A stretch of DNA of 59,332 nt, from the NCBI GenBank assembly GCA_964422585.1, contig CAYRBH010000006.1, positions 1 through 59,332 of the forward strand. Reading direction: 5' to 3'. Each line of letters starts with the position of its first letter. Within the stretch, counting starts at the first letter, position 1. The position numbers and the translations under genes were made by a program. A model generated the notes under the pieces. The model ran no database searches, was not told the origin of the DNA, and was given only the letters and a program-made list of their open reading frames with translations. Source of the DNA: an uncultured Gammaproteobacteria bacterium. GTDB taxonomy: Bacteria > Patescibacteriota > Patescibacteriia > UBA1558 > 2-01-FULL-52-15. This document shows positions 45,991 through 55,918 of the stretch, in pieces.

Positions 45991-46806
45991 ATGAAAAATC
46001 CTCATAGTTTTGGGCAACTACTCAGCACATCGACGCTCCTTGTCTTTGCGCTTAGTTTCGCTGCATTCAACATCCAGGCAGCCGAGAAAGGCGCTGCATT
46101 TGGAACTAATTTCCAAGAACAGCCAGCGGTCAAGTCGACAGTTGCGGCAGATATACAGATCGTTCCTCTGCCAGTGAAGCTTGATTCGGCACGAGTTCTT
46201 GGTTTCGAAGTAAAGGCAGCCTCACTCCCGAATGGCGGGATCCAACCTCCGAGACTAATGGCCGGCGAAGGTGATGGCAATGAGATGGGTATGCCACCTC
46301 ATATGCCGGACTCAACTTCAACACCGCCACAAGGCGATGGAGACCTACCGCCGCATGGATCCATGCCAAAACCATTCCCTGGACTCGGCGAAGACCATGG
46401 GGATCGAAATGGCACATCGACCAGCACTAATCCATTCGGTGGTGGACATGACGGGAATAACAAGCAGACCCCAACGATCGACACTACCTGTCTCATCACT
46501 GCGCTTGATACACGGGATGCTGCGATAACAACCGCCCTCAACACATACACTAGCACCATTACTACTGCCCTCGGTGCTCGGACGACCGCTCTGAACGCGG
46601 CTTGGGCCATCACGGATAAGACCCAACGACGCACTGCATTGCGACAAGCCTGGACTGACTTCCGTACAGCAGCGATGAAAGCAAGAAATGATCTGAGAAA
46701 AGCAAAGCTTGATGCTTGGAAGCAATTCATGACTGACAAGAAGGTCTGCGCTCCTAAAGGAGTCCCTGATGATATGACGAATGCATCAGTAGATGCTAAT
46801 CTATAA
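45991..46806 (+). CDS. Secreted hypothetical protein (Pro/Gly-rich linker, helical C-terminal domain)
   Basis: Signal peptide near-identical to that of 43530..45785. Confidence 0.75.
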   Translation: MKNPHSFGQLLSTSTLLVFALSFAAFNIQAAEKGAAFGTNFQEQPAVKSTVAADIQIVPLPVKLDSARVLGFEVKAASLPNGGIQPPRLMAGEGDGNEMGMPPHMPDSTSTPPQGDGDLPPHGSMPKPFPGLGEDHGDRNGTSTSTNPFGGGHDGNNKQTPTIDTTCLITALDTRDAAITTALNTYTSTITTALGARTTALNAAWAITDKTQRRTALRQAWTDFRTAAMKARNDLRKAKLDAWKQFMTDKKVCAPKGVPDDMTNASVDANL

Positions 46807-46972
46807 TTAAGATATCTACTCTCATGAGAGAAGCGTCCGCCCTGGCTTACAGCCAGGGCGGATCTTTTGTATCTCCCCTATTAAATAATCGCGGCACTCT
46901 AAAATCTGTCACCGCGCCTTGATTAAAAATAAGACTATGCCTATAGTTATATCATACATAGCGGAGGGGACC

Positions 46973-47188
46973 ATGCTCTTTAACGCGGCTCGTGTAGATG
47001 TGGCTGAGGCAACAAGACCAATCACTCGCCGAGGCATCGTCCTTCAATTCCTTGGCGTGCAGGAGGAGGCACGCAGAAAACGCGAGAGAGAAGCTCGAAG
47101 ACGCGGTAACCGGCACTGTTGCCAAGGGGGATTGCACCAGATCTACGCCTCGGACGGTTTCAAGTCCTGCCCCTATTGCGGGCGCTGA
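46973..47188 (+). CDS. Orphan small Arg-rich protein with C-terminal CPYC, in a self-contained unit
   Basis: TTGATT-17-TATAGT at 46919-46947; GGAGGGG SD; hairpin 47212-47240. Confidence 0.6.
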   Translation: MLFNAARVDVAEATRPITRRGIVLQFLGVQEEARRKREREARRRGNRHCCQGGLHQIYASDGFKSCPYCGR

Positions 47189-47265
47189 GCCGAACTTCAC
47201 TGTTCACAACTGAAAGCCTCGACAACCGTCGGGGCTTTCTCACTATTTGTATATCTTAAAACTAC

Positions 47266-47625
47266 TTACACCGCTTTCTGCAGACTATTGATGACAAAGC
47301 TTGAAATGGCATATGCCGCAAGGACTATGATGAGTCCGATGGCTCCTGAGGTGACTATCTTACGGCCATCGCCCATTTTGTCGGAATCACCACCAGAGGT
47401 CATCATTTTGAACCCGCCGAAGATAATGGCACAAATCACGAGAATACCCAAGAATCCAAGTATGATGCGAATAATATTTTGAATGGTTACTTTCAGATCC
47501 TGCGAACTGAAGCCTGAGAAAGAGTTCGGAAAATCGATAGAGATCTGCGCGTGAACACTCTGCGAGGCAACGAGCAATGCGAACGTTGCGAAGGAGGTGC
47601 TCAAAAAGCGTTTCATATTTTTCAT
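47266..47625 (-). CDS. CPR-type pilin (TrbC/VirB2-like)
   Basis: Signal peptide; II..ILGFLG......II.GG...MTSGGD..K...G......G.IGL.IV..AY. Confidence 0.8.
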   Translation of the reverse strand: MKNMKRFLSTSFATFALLVASQSVHAQISIDFPNSFSGFSSQDLKVTIQNIIRIILGFLGILVICAIIFGGFKMMTSGGDSDKMGDGRKIVTSGAIGLIIVLAAYAISSFVINSLQKAV

Positions 47626-47701
47626 GGCTTTAGTTTACTCTTTGAGCGTAAAAAAACAACCTTGTCAGCGGCACTCTGGTATGCTATACACTATGCTGTA
47701 G

Positions 47702-47775
47702 GCGGGTATTGTATAACGGTATTACCTCAGCTTTCCAAGCTGATGACAGGGGTTCGACTCCCCTTACCCGCTCCA
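47702..47775 (+). tRNA. tRNA-Gly(TCC)
   Basis: Cloverleaf, loop TTTCCAA, encoded CCA. Confidence 0.92.
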
Positions 47776-47783
47776 TCTACTTA

Positions 47784-48119
47784 CTACTTCTTCCAACCGA
47801 ACTCTCGCATATCAATATAGAAAGCTCCCAGACGTTCAGTGGCTACGACTCCTTCGGCTCGTAACAAAGCCGCCTGCTCCTCTGCCGGATGCTCGACATT
47901 CTCTATTGAGATCCTGCCGCTACTACTAATGACCCGCTGCCAAGGCACATCATCCGGGGCCTTGCGCATAGCGAAACCAACAATACGAGCTGCCCGAGGA
48001 GTTGAGATCAATGAGGCGATTTGTCCATAACTCGCGACCTTCCCTCGAGGTATGCGCCGGACCAGATCATAGACCTTGTTGAAAAAATGTAGCCCGTGGT
48101 TATCCTGATTGCTAAGCAT
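47784..48119 (-). CDS. Alkyltransferase-like (ATL/MGMT family) protein
   Basis: VY.LVRRIPRGKVASYGQIA, ARIVG, VPWQRVI (Trp in place of the catalytic Cys). Confidence 0.9.
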   Translation of the reverse strand: MLSNQDNHGLHFFNKVYDLVRRIPRGKVASYGQIASLISTPRAARIVGFAMRKAPDDVPWQRVISSSGRISIENVEHPAEEQAALLRAEGVVATERLGAFYIDMREFGWKK

Positions 48120-48174
48120 ATAGAGAGAGGTTATACTGAGTACACTCATTAACCAGCCTATAATAACATATACT

Positions 48175-49140
48175 ATGGAACCGCAACATCAGCAGCCAGC
48201 TGGAGCAAAGAACTTCTTCTTATATTTCTTAGCCTTCGCACTCCTCTACACGGTCGCCTTCAACTTCGGTGGACTGCTCTTCGACTTCATCAACAAAACA
48301 ATTCCGCTGGTCGGTGGGAGTGGCGGGACCTTTTCCGCTTCACTGCTCAGGTTCCACCTTGCTTCGCTTATCATCGGTACACCGGTCTTCCTCTGGTTAA
48401 GTAAGATGGTCTATACCCACTCGCTGAAAGACAGCGTAGTACGAAACTCCGGGATCAGACGTTGGCTCACCTATATCACAATGATACTCACCGCGCTCAT
48501 CGTTATCGGCGATCTTATCGCGTTGGTGAACAATCTCTTGAGCGGCGAAACGACGATGCGTTTCATACTGAAAGCCCTGGTTGTCCTCGTCATAGCCGGG
48601 AGCATCTTCTACTACTATCTGACCGATATCAAGGATATGAAAGCGAATACCGACGCGAAAAGCGTCCTGCCGAAAATCTATTTCATCACCGCATCCACAC
48701 TTATACTCGTCAGCATTATCTCTGGATTCTTCTTCATAGAATCACCGATGCAGCAGCGACTACGAAATGAAGATCAAGCTCGTCTGAATAATCTCCAGAA
48801 TGTGGACAGCGCGATCTATAACTACGCACAGACTACGAATGGCAAATTACCTGCTGACCTGAGCGCGATCCAGGGCATGACCATCATGGGAGCAACCCTT
48901 GACCCGGTGACACAGCAGCCTTTTACCTACACTGTGACGAGTACGACTACCTATGAACTATGCGGGACATTCTCAACATCGAATAGAGATGCTGCCAGTG
49001 AATACTATGCTGGTCCTGATTGGGCGCATGATCAAGGAAATGCCTGCTTCAAACGATCCCTCGTCAATCAAATAGACCAGTATCCTCCGGACAAAACTGC
49101 TCCACTGACAGCGCCAGCGCCTGTGGCTCCTGCTCCCTAG
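48175..49140 (+). CDS. DUF5671-like membrane protein
   Basis: FFLYFLAF.LLY, LASLIIG.PV, IRRWLTY.T......GDL; R...D..R..NL. Confidence 0.75.
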   Translation: MEPQHQQPAGAKNFFLYFLAFALLYTVAFNFGGLLFDFINKTIPLVGGSGGTFSASLLRFHLASLIIGTPVFLWLSKMVYTHSLKDSVVRNSGIRRWLTYITMILTALIVIGDLIALVNNLLSGETTMRFILKALVVLVIAGSIFYYYLTDIKDMKANTDAKSVLPKIYFITASTLILVSIISGFFFIESPMQQRLRNEDQARLNNLQNVDSAIYNYAQTTNGKLPADLSAIQGMTIMGATLDPVTQQPFTYTVTSTTTYELCGTFSTSNRDAASEYYAGPDWAHDQGNACFKRSLVNQIDQYPPDKTAPLTAPAPVAPAP

Positions 49141-49231
49141 TTCTCATCTTGCTCATATCTCAGTGAATGACACCCAAGCACAAAGACTGTTCTTGGGTGT
49201 ATCGCTATCTAGGTATGTTATACTACTCAGC

Positions 49232-51424
49232 ATGAAGTATCTACGCGACACACTACGACCAGCTCCGCTGCTAGCGCTACTGAGCATCATATGCATTGAC
49301 ATACTCTATGTGCTGCATGAGCGGCTCATAAGCACACCGGGGATACTCATACTCCTGCTCGCTACACTGTGCTATTGCGCGCTTTTTTTTCTACTCAGAA
49401 AGCTGCAGATTCGTCTACGCTACACGTGGCTCATCTTAGCAATCCTCATCGTTCTCGTGACCATCGCTTTCTTTGCAATGCTCTATCTCGGGACAGAAAC
49501 CGATATAACCAGCCTGGCCTTGCTAACGCTTTCTGGGAATATCCTGCGAGGATATCTCGTCTATAGCTGGCTCACGCTTATTTCGATCTATATCGGAGCG
49601 CGACTACTGAAGACTACCCCCGACTCACAAGAAGAAGCACTTGGAAGCTATTTAAACCAGCTTGGAGTTGGACTAGCGGCTATCATGCTTCTCTATTATG
49701 TGCTGAATCTCCTACAGCTACTATGGCTAGGCCCCTGGCTGCTGAGTATACTGACCCTAGTGGCGCTATGGTCCTATAGCGGCAACATCTACCAGCAAGC
49801 GCTTGCTCCTCGCATCATTAGTCTACAAAAAAAAGCTTCACTGACGCTTTCTAACTGTATCTGGATCACCATTGGAGCGAGCGGCGTGCTGCTCATGTTC
49901 TCTACATTCACCTATCAATATTTCGATCCTGATGATATGCGGCAGTATATCAGCGTGCCATTGCTCTTCCTGCAGCATGGAGGGTATGTCCCCTTCTCGC
50001 TTGATATACTCAATCAAGTTCCACAACTGGGCACCTATCTCATCATACCCCTGCTACAACTTGGCGGAGCGGCAACAAGTATGCTGAATGGCTACTTCTT
50101 ACTAGCCACGCTGCTCGTCTGGATCATGATCGGGAAACGCACGCTCTCGCCGAAATGGCTGCTCGTCTTCGCGGCACTTCTGCTAGCAGCTCCGCTGAAC
50201 TTCTCTATCTATGGTATTCGTCCAGATGGGGCGCTTGTTTTTCTGATCTCACTCGCCTGCTATAACCTGCTCGGTGAATCGCGTCGATTCTTCCTCGCTG
50301 GCATATTCACCGGCATCGCTATCGGAATAAAATATAATGCCTTCCTCGCTCTTCCAGCGCTGGCGATCATCATCCTCGCCTCTACTGGTCTGCGATGGCG
50401 AAGCCTCCTGCGTGCCGGTTCACTGTTCGCGGGCGGAGCATTACTCGCTGCACTGCCATGGCTGACATTCAACCTCGTAACCTATGGCAACTTAATACAT
50501 CCAGTACAGCTGTTCTCGCCCAGTATCAATGCGCTCACATCCTATGAAACGAATGTTACTCCTCGTATCACACAGTATCTAGCCGAACTGGAATTGCGAA
50601 GTTACCGTTTCAATAGATATACCCCGTTCATCGAGAAGATGCTTCGAGTCAGCGTGATCCCTGAAGGGTGGATCATCAATCATGTTGGTCCGCTACTGCT
50701 CCTAGCATTCCTTCTACTTCTCTGGGCTCGACCGACCAGACGGACCGTAATGCTTGCGGCAGCGAGTTTGGCATCATTACTCGTATGGCATTTCTTGCAG
50801 GTGAATCAGATGCATTATGTGCTGTTCTTGATGCCTGTCTTGGCCTTGATAGTAGCAAGTCAGCTCATGACTGCACGCGCGCGGCTTGCTGGTTTCATAC
50901 TCCCTATCATCATGGCGGCACAATTTGTCGTCTATACTGAACTCCCCATGCGCACAGTACACGCAGCGCATGAGCTGACGAATGATCCAGTCTATGAGCA
51001 AGCTTTCGCGAATACTGGTCTTAATATACTTTCGATCGAAACAGCGACAGCCTTGAATAACCTTGAGAAAGAAGATCCAAACTATATCGCGATGCTCTTT
51101 GACCGAGCTGATGTGCCCCTGATACATGACAGCTATAGGCATATCGAGTACAATTTCGCGGCAACCAGCTGGTTCAGTATTACCGCAGATGATCCAACTG
51201 CTGCTATAATCACCGCGCGGCTGAACGCAAGACACATTGATTATCTGGTCGTGCCAAATCGGCGGCCATTATACAATGAGTCCGAATGCTACATCGACGG
51301 ATGTCCTATCACTAAACATATGTATCAAGGCTTGGATGTCTATGTGGCAACCTTAGAAAAAGAATATACGGGTTCTACAGTCACTATCTACACGGTGCCA
51401 AGAGATACTCAAAACAAATCATAG
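49232..51424 (+). CDS. Large polytopic GT-C (PMT/ArnT-like) glycosyltransferase
   Basis: Many TM segments, DD..YI..P, RPD, GIAIGIKYNA, PW...N...YGN..P. Confidence 0.7.
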   Translation: MKYLRDTLRPAPLLALLSIICIDILYVLHERLISTPGILILLLATLCYCALFFLLRKLQIRLRYTWLILAILIVLVTIAFFAMLYLGTETDITSLALLTLSGNILRGYLVYSWLTLISIYIGARLLKTTPDSQEEALGSYLNQLGVGLAAIMLLYYVLNLLQLLWLGPWLLSILTLVALWSYSGNIYQQALAPRIISLQKKASLTLSNCIWITIGASGVLLMFSTFTYQYFDPDDMRQYISVPLLFLQHGGYVPFSLDILNQVPQLGTYLIIPLLQLGGAATSMLNGYFLLATLLVWIMIGKRTLSPKWLLVFAALLLAAPLNFSIYGIRPDGALVFLISLACYNLLGESRRFFLAGIFTGIAIGIKYNAFLALPALAIIILASTGLRWRSLLRAGSLFAGGALLAALPWLTFNLVTYGNLIHPVQLFSPSINALTSYETNVTPRITQYLAELELRSYRFNRYTPFIEKMLRVSVIPEGWIINHVGPLLLLAFLLLLWARPTRRTVMLAAASLASLLVWHFLQVNQMHYVLFLMPVLALIVASQLMTARARLAGFILPIIMAAQFVVYTELPMRTVHAAHELTNDPVYEQAFANTGLNILSIETATALNNLEKEDPNYIAMLFDRADVPLIHDSYRHIEYNFAATSWFSITADDPTAAIITARLNARHIDYLVVPNRRPLYNESECYIDGCPITKHMYQGLDVYVATLEKEYTGSTVTIYTVPRDTQNKS

Positions 51425-51489
51425 CGTAGAGGCGCGGTAGTCGCCCTGAGCAATCATCATACATCGATCAAATCAGAACGCGACGCTCA

Positions 51490-53739
51490 CTATAGCTGAT
51501 AGATCGTCAAGCCGCTTTTCTCAACGATCGGGTGCAAGATAGAGCGCAGATCCTCCGATCTCCGTAAGAACTCTTTGAAGAGAGGGCAGTCTCCGCCTCG
51601 CGACTTACAAATACCGGACACATACTCCATGACGTCGGCTACATGTGGTCCATAGATTACATGTGTGATCCCGTCATGCCGCAAGGCTGCCGCTGCTGCT
51701 TCTGCGGTCGGCGCAGAGAAGAAAATGTGCGCCAGATAGAACCCCCGCGTATTATCAAAACGATGCAGATGATTATCATTCGCATAGGGAACGGTCGCGT
51801 TGATCGACATGAAGACAGCATGCGGGTTTTTCGCGATGATACTATTCACATCGTCCTCCAGGACATAGGTCTGGCGGGAAGTGATGCTCATACTTGACCG
51901 AGCGCCGGTCAGGAATGAAGCCGGCAGTAAGGCATTAAAGCTGAGGTTATAGCAAGCCAGTAGTATGACGATGCTCACGACGAGTATACGAGCGGAGCGC
52001 CCGATCGACACAATGGTCCGTGCCGCCAGCATCGCGAGCAGAGGCAGTATGAAATTCATATAGTGGGCTTCATTGCGTATGGTGATATACCACTCTATGA
52101 CCACGATGCAGGTGATAACAAAGATACTTTTCTCTAAAGTACCGCATGTCGCCCAGAAAAGTACCACGAGGAAAGCGAGTAGAATGATCAATCCATAATT
52201 GAATGAAGGATGTTTGATGGCGTCAACGAAGTAATGCTGTATATTCTGCAGCACGGTGAAATGAAAGCCGAAGTTCGCATTATAGTAATCTGACTCTCGA
52301 TAGAACGCGTCCATATACTGTTTTTCCTGCGGGGACGTGACAAAGACATCATACAGGCGTCCCTGGTTATACGGATAGAAAAAATTATGATGATAATAGT
52401 ATGTTCGCGCTCCCCAAAAAGCAAAGCTCAACGAAAGCGCGAGCAGCAGCAGGACGAGTGAACGCACATACCTCGAACCCTTTGCATGGCGAGAGCAGAG
52501 CCCTGCTCCGAGCATAACCACTACCAGTGCCGGCACCAGGAGTATGACATTGAACTTGATCGCGATAGCAAATCCTATGAATACTCCCGCCGCTACTGTA
52601 GCTTTGGGGAAGTATCTGTCTACCGCCTCGCTTAAGAGCAGCAAGCTAGCTGTGACGAAAAAAAGCACGAGCAGGTCGATCTTCGGCGTCAAGAGCAACC
52701 AGCCAATGAGCATCGGTACAGTGGTATACAATACCAGGGTAAGCCACGATAGGCGCTCATCTGAGAACAATTTCCGAGAGCACCGATACACAAGAGGTAG
52801 ACTGAGACAGAAAAAAAACAATGAGACATAATTCAAGCATTGTTGGCCGAAGTATAAGACCGGCACATAGACAAAGCTGAAAGCAAATACCGAATCACCT
52901 ATCGGCCAATACGGGAAGCGCACCAGCTGATGATGCTGCAGAATAAGATCTGGCAAATTGAAATACAATGCTAAGCTATCGCCCTCAACTACCCATGGAT
53001 AGGCTGTTTGGATGACGAGAATGCTGAGAATCAACGTCAAGACAAACCAGAATAAAAACTCGTATGAACGAATCGGGATCTGACGCTTCAGATATGTACG
53101 TAGTCGTGGCAGCATCCGATAATAATACGAGTATCCATTTCTGTTCAGCAGAGCTACTACAATAGGCAACAGCAGTATCGCCGGATAGATCAACGAGCAT
53201 AGACTCGCGACATACAAATACATCGCGGTGAGGAGTATGCCCGTAGCGATAGCTTGCGAAGTGTAGCCTGCTATAGCTTCGCGAGATCCGAAGTAGCGGG
53301 CAAGGACCATATCCCCGATCAAAAGTGAGCCGAGAGAAAAGCCAAGAAAAAAAAGAAAGACCGAGCCAAGACTGACTACCATGTGCCACTGCGCCGTCAG
53401 CAGATGGCCCATGAGATACTGCGGGTCATAGAGGGCTGCACCGAAGTTCGTCCAAAAGAATAGCAATGCCACAAAGAGCAAGGCTAATTTCTGGATCGAT
53501 AGACTTTTCACCTTCGTAGCGAAGAGGAGGGACAGGAGAATGACTACCACTCCTGCCAATGCCCAACCTATGATCGGCTGTATGACTCCATACGTGTAAC
53601 CAACATAATAACAGTAAGCGAAGAACAAACTGATGCCGGCTACCAACAACGAAAAAAAGAAGCTTCGCTTCTTTCCTTTCGCCTGTGCAGACGCTGGCAT
53701 ATCCATGCGTAACGATAGTCTATGATTAATGTGTGGCAA
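51490..53739 (-). CDS. Large polytopic GT-C glycosyltransferase (convergent paralog)
   Basis: GDSL.LY..LP, KID, GFAIAIKFN, N.FYPY; start 53739 or 53706. Confidence 0.7.
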   Translation of the reverse strand: MPHINHRLSLRMDMPASAQAKGKKRSFFFSLLVAGISLFFAYCYYVGYTYGVIQPIIGWALAGVVVILLSLLFATKVKSLSIQKLALLFVALLFFWTNFGAALYDPQYLMGHLLTAQWHMVVSLGSVFLFFLGFSLGSLLIGDMVLARYFGSREAIAGYTSQAIATGILLTAMYLYVASLCSLIYPAILLLPIVVALLNRNGYSYYYRMLPRLRTYLKRQIPIRSYEFLFWFVLTLILSILVIQTAYPWVVEGDSLALYFNLPDLILQHHQLVRFPYWPIGDSVFAFSFVYVPVLYFGQQCLNYVSLFFFCLSLPLVYRCSRKLFSDERLSWLTLVLYTTVPMLIGWLLLTPKIDLLVLFFVTASLLLLSEAVDRYFPKATVAAGVFIGFAIAIKFNVILLVPALVVVMLGAGLCSRHAKGSRYVRSLVLLLLALSLSFAFWGARTYYYHHNFFYPYNQGRLYDVFVTSPQEKQYMDAFYRESDYYNANFGFHFTVLQNIQHYFVDAIKHPSFNYGLIILLAFLVVLFWATCGTLEKSIFVITCIVVIEWYITIRNEAHYMNFILPLLAMLAARTIVSIGRSARILVVSIVILLACYNLSFNALLPASFLTGARSSMSITSRQTYVLEDDVNSIIAKNPHAVFMSINATVPYANDNHLHRFDNTRGFYLAHIFFSAPTAEAAAAALRHDGITHVIYGPHVADVMEYVSGICKSRGGDCPLFKEFLRRSEDLRSILHPIVEKSGLTIYQL

Positions 53740-53742
53740 GCG

Positions 53743-55131
53743 CTACCAACCGAATAATTTTCCCACCTCTTCCGGCACCTCGCGCTTGCGCGCGATCTTC
53801 AATTCACCATTTGCGGCTATAAGCTTCAACGGGCTGGAAAGTAAACAGTGATGCGAGGCGAGAGCATCTTGATAGGCGCCCGTGTCGAGAACCGCCACAT
53901 AGAGCTCATCCGCGTCTTCAAGCTTCGGCAACATGATATGCTGCCCGCCTGCTGTATACTTATCATCACTGTCGCAGCTCGAGCCTGCAAGCCATACTTT
54001 CTGTAACTTACGAGCATTTAAATAATTCACCGGGACAATATGCCATTTCTGATGTATCGCCCACGTATCTATCAGGTCATTCATGAAACTCCCATCGATC
54101 ACATACCACTTCTTGTCACTCTTGCTCTCAATGGTTTTCTCCGCGATGATACGATAGATCGTCATCTGAGCAGGAGCGGCAACATACCTCCCCCACTCGA
54201 CAATAAGGTTCGGGTGCTTAATGCCAAGTTTATCCGCATGCGCCTTGGCAGCCTTGATTAAGCGCTGTATCAAACTTTTTCCGGAATAGAGTTTCTTCTT
54301 CTCATAGGGCACCGCTGCTCCGCCGCCCATATCGATCGTATCAAGACCCGGGTTCTTTGCTTTCAACTGCGCGTAGAGATCCAGGGCGCGCTTCAAAGGC
54401 TTCACCATATCATCAATGCGCTCGATCTGACTCGACACATGATAATGCAAGATCGACAATCCCTTGATCTTACCAATCTTCAAGAGTTCGCTTTCGGTAA
54501 AACCGAAACGATTGAATTTCTTGTCCCAATGTCCCTTAGTCCGAACGCTCAGATTGACCCTGATACCCACCTCACCTCTGAAACGCTTCAGCCGCTCTAA
54601 TTCAGAATAATCCTCGATCACGGGTATCACGACCAGGCCTTTGGCGCGCAACTCTTCGATGAGCGCGATATACTTCTCTGTTTTCGGTCCATTGCAGGTG
54701 ACGCGTATCTTCGCATTGAACTTATCCTGCTCTATCATCCGCTTCACGAGCCACAGTTCATTGGCGCTCGCGACATCGAGATTCGCTCCTTCAGCGACCG
54801 TATGCAGCACGAACTCCCGATTCTGATTCACCTTCATGGCATAGTGATAGTAGAACTTGCCCTTGTAGCCGAGTATCTTGATATACGCATTGAAGGTGTC
54901 AATGAGATCGCGGACGCGATGTTCGATAACGGTCGGGAAGAAGATCTCGGTCGAGGTCCCAAATTTCTTCACGATATCAAAAATGTTATATTGAAAATTA
55001 CCCTCACGAACGAGTAATTCGCCGTCAGGGCTTATATCAAAATGGTGCGTATTATAATCTTCAACGCCTAATTTCCAAAACTTCTTGAAGCCGTTCTTTC
55101 TTTTCTTCTTTCGGGTGGGAGGCTTGTTCAT
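53743..55131 (-). CDS. Group IV PLP-dependent decarboxylase (arginine/ornithine/DAP family, SpeA-like)
   Basis: YAMKVNQ (PLP Lys), CNG.K, HYHVSSQI, DMGGG, E.GRY, CDSDD, GAYQ. Confidence 0.8.
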   Translation of the reverse strand: MNKPPTRKKKRKNGFKKFWKLGVEDYNTHHFDISPDGELLVREGNFQYNIFDIVKKFGTSTEIFFPTVIEHRVRDLIDTFNAYIKILGYKGKFYYHYAMKVNQNREFVLHTVAEGANLDVASANELWLVKRMIEQDKFNAKIRVTCNGPKTEKYIALIEELRAKGLVVIPVIEDYSELERLKRFRGEVGIRVNLSVRTKGHWDKKFNRFGFTESELLKIGKIKGLSILHYHVSSQIERIDDMVKPLKRALDLYAQLKAKNPGLDTIDMGGGAAVPYEKKKLYSGKSLIQRLIKAAKAHADKLGIKHPNLIVEWGRYVAAPAQMTIYRIIAEKTIESKSDKKWYVIDGSFMNDLIDTWAIHQKWHIVPVNYLNARKLQKVWLAGSSCDSDDKYTAGGQHIMLPKLEDADELYVAVLDTGAYQDALASHHCLLSSPLKLIAANGELKIARKREVPEEVGKLFGW

Positions 55132-55184
55132 CGTTATTCACAAAAGACCGTATCAGTGTAAACCTATTCATGAGGTAAAGCAAC

Positions 55185-55261
55185 TGGTCGGGGATGCCGG
55201 ACTCGAACCGGCGGCCTCCTGCTCCCAAAGCAGGCGCGCTAGCCAACTGCGCCAATCCCCG
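55185..55261 (-). tRNA. tRNA-Pro(TGG)
   Basis: Cloverleaf, loop TTTGGGA, CCA. Confidence 0.92.
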
Positions 55262-55289
55262 TTAAGCGTTCGTATGACTCAACTGCAGA

Positions 55290-55364
55290 TGGTGCCGAGT
55301 GTCAGAATTGAACTGACGACGCCAGCCTCTTCAGGGCTGCGCTCTACCACTGAGCTAACTCGGC
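55290..55364 (-). tRNA. tRNA-Phe(GAA)
   Basis: Cloverleaf, loop CTGAAGA, CCA. Confidence 0.92.
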
Positions 55365-55380
55365 TTCACCTAGAGTCAAA

Positions 55381-55457
55381 TGGTGGGCATGGGAGGACTC
55401 GAACCTCCGACCTCTACATTATCAGTGTAGCGCTCTAACCACCTGAGCTACATGCCC
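55381..55457 (-). tRNA. tRNA-Ile(GAT)
   Basis: Cloverleaf, loop CTGATAA, CCA. Confidence 0.92.
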
Positions 55458-55574
55458 CAATATATAACAGAGCTGGGCTGTATGTGCTTGCAAAAAATCG
55501 TCGAAGCCATAGCTCTACACATCGTGCCCGCCCCGCTGCTGAGTTGCTTGCAACGAGGACCGGCACATAGTAAC

Positions 55575-55771
55575 AAAAAGGGGCTAAATAATCAACCCCG
55601 GACCGAAGACTCAAGATATAGTATAGGCCTAAAAATGAAGATGCCCCGTCCCCCAGCCGAAGCCAGGAGACGAGGCGGGCGTAGCGCAGACATAGCTGCA
55701 GCAAAGTCCGGGAAATCCCGGGTTTCACCGTCAGCTCAGCCACCCCCCAAACAGCGTCCGCGCCACTAACC
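55575..55771 (-). ncRNA. Candidate structured small RNA of unknown family
   Basis: TTGACA-17-TAAGGT promoter (55778-55806), several GC-rich stems including a UUCG hairpin, terminator-like end at 55575-55599. Confidence 0.4.
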
Positions 55772-55918
55772 AAGGCTACCTTACTCGCGCCGAAGACGCT
55801 TGTCAACAGCAGTTCAAAAGCAGCAGCATGCAGGTTGTTGCCAGGCTGTATAAAAACTGCTAGTCTCCATTGTTTCGAATCAACGAAGAGTATAGACTTA
55901 ACTCATAACAAACGCGGC

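Noticed and set aside
55690-55720. AAAGTCCGGG on the plus strand as RNase P RNA
   Set aside because: It lacks the GAGGAAAGUCC context and the 3' ACAGAAC-CGGCUUA segment, and the region is too short
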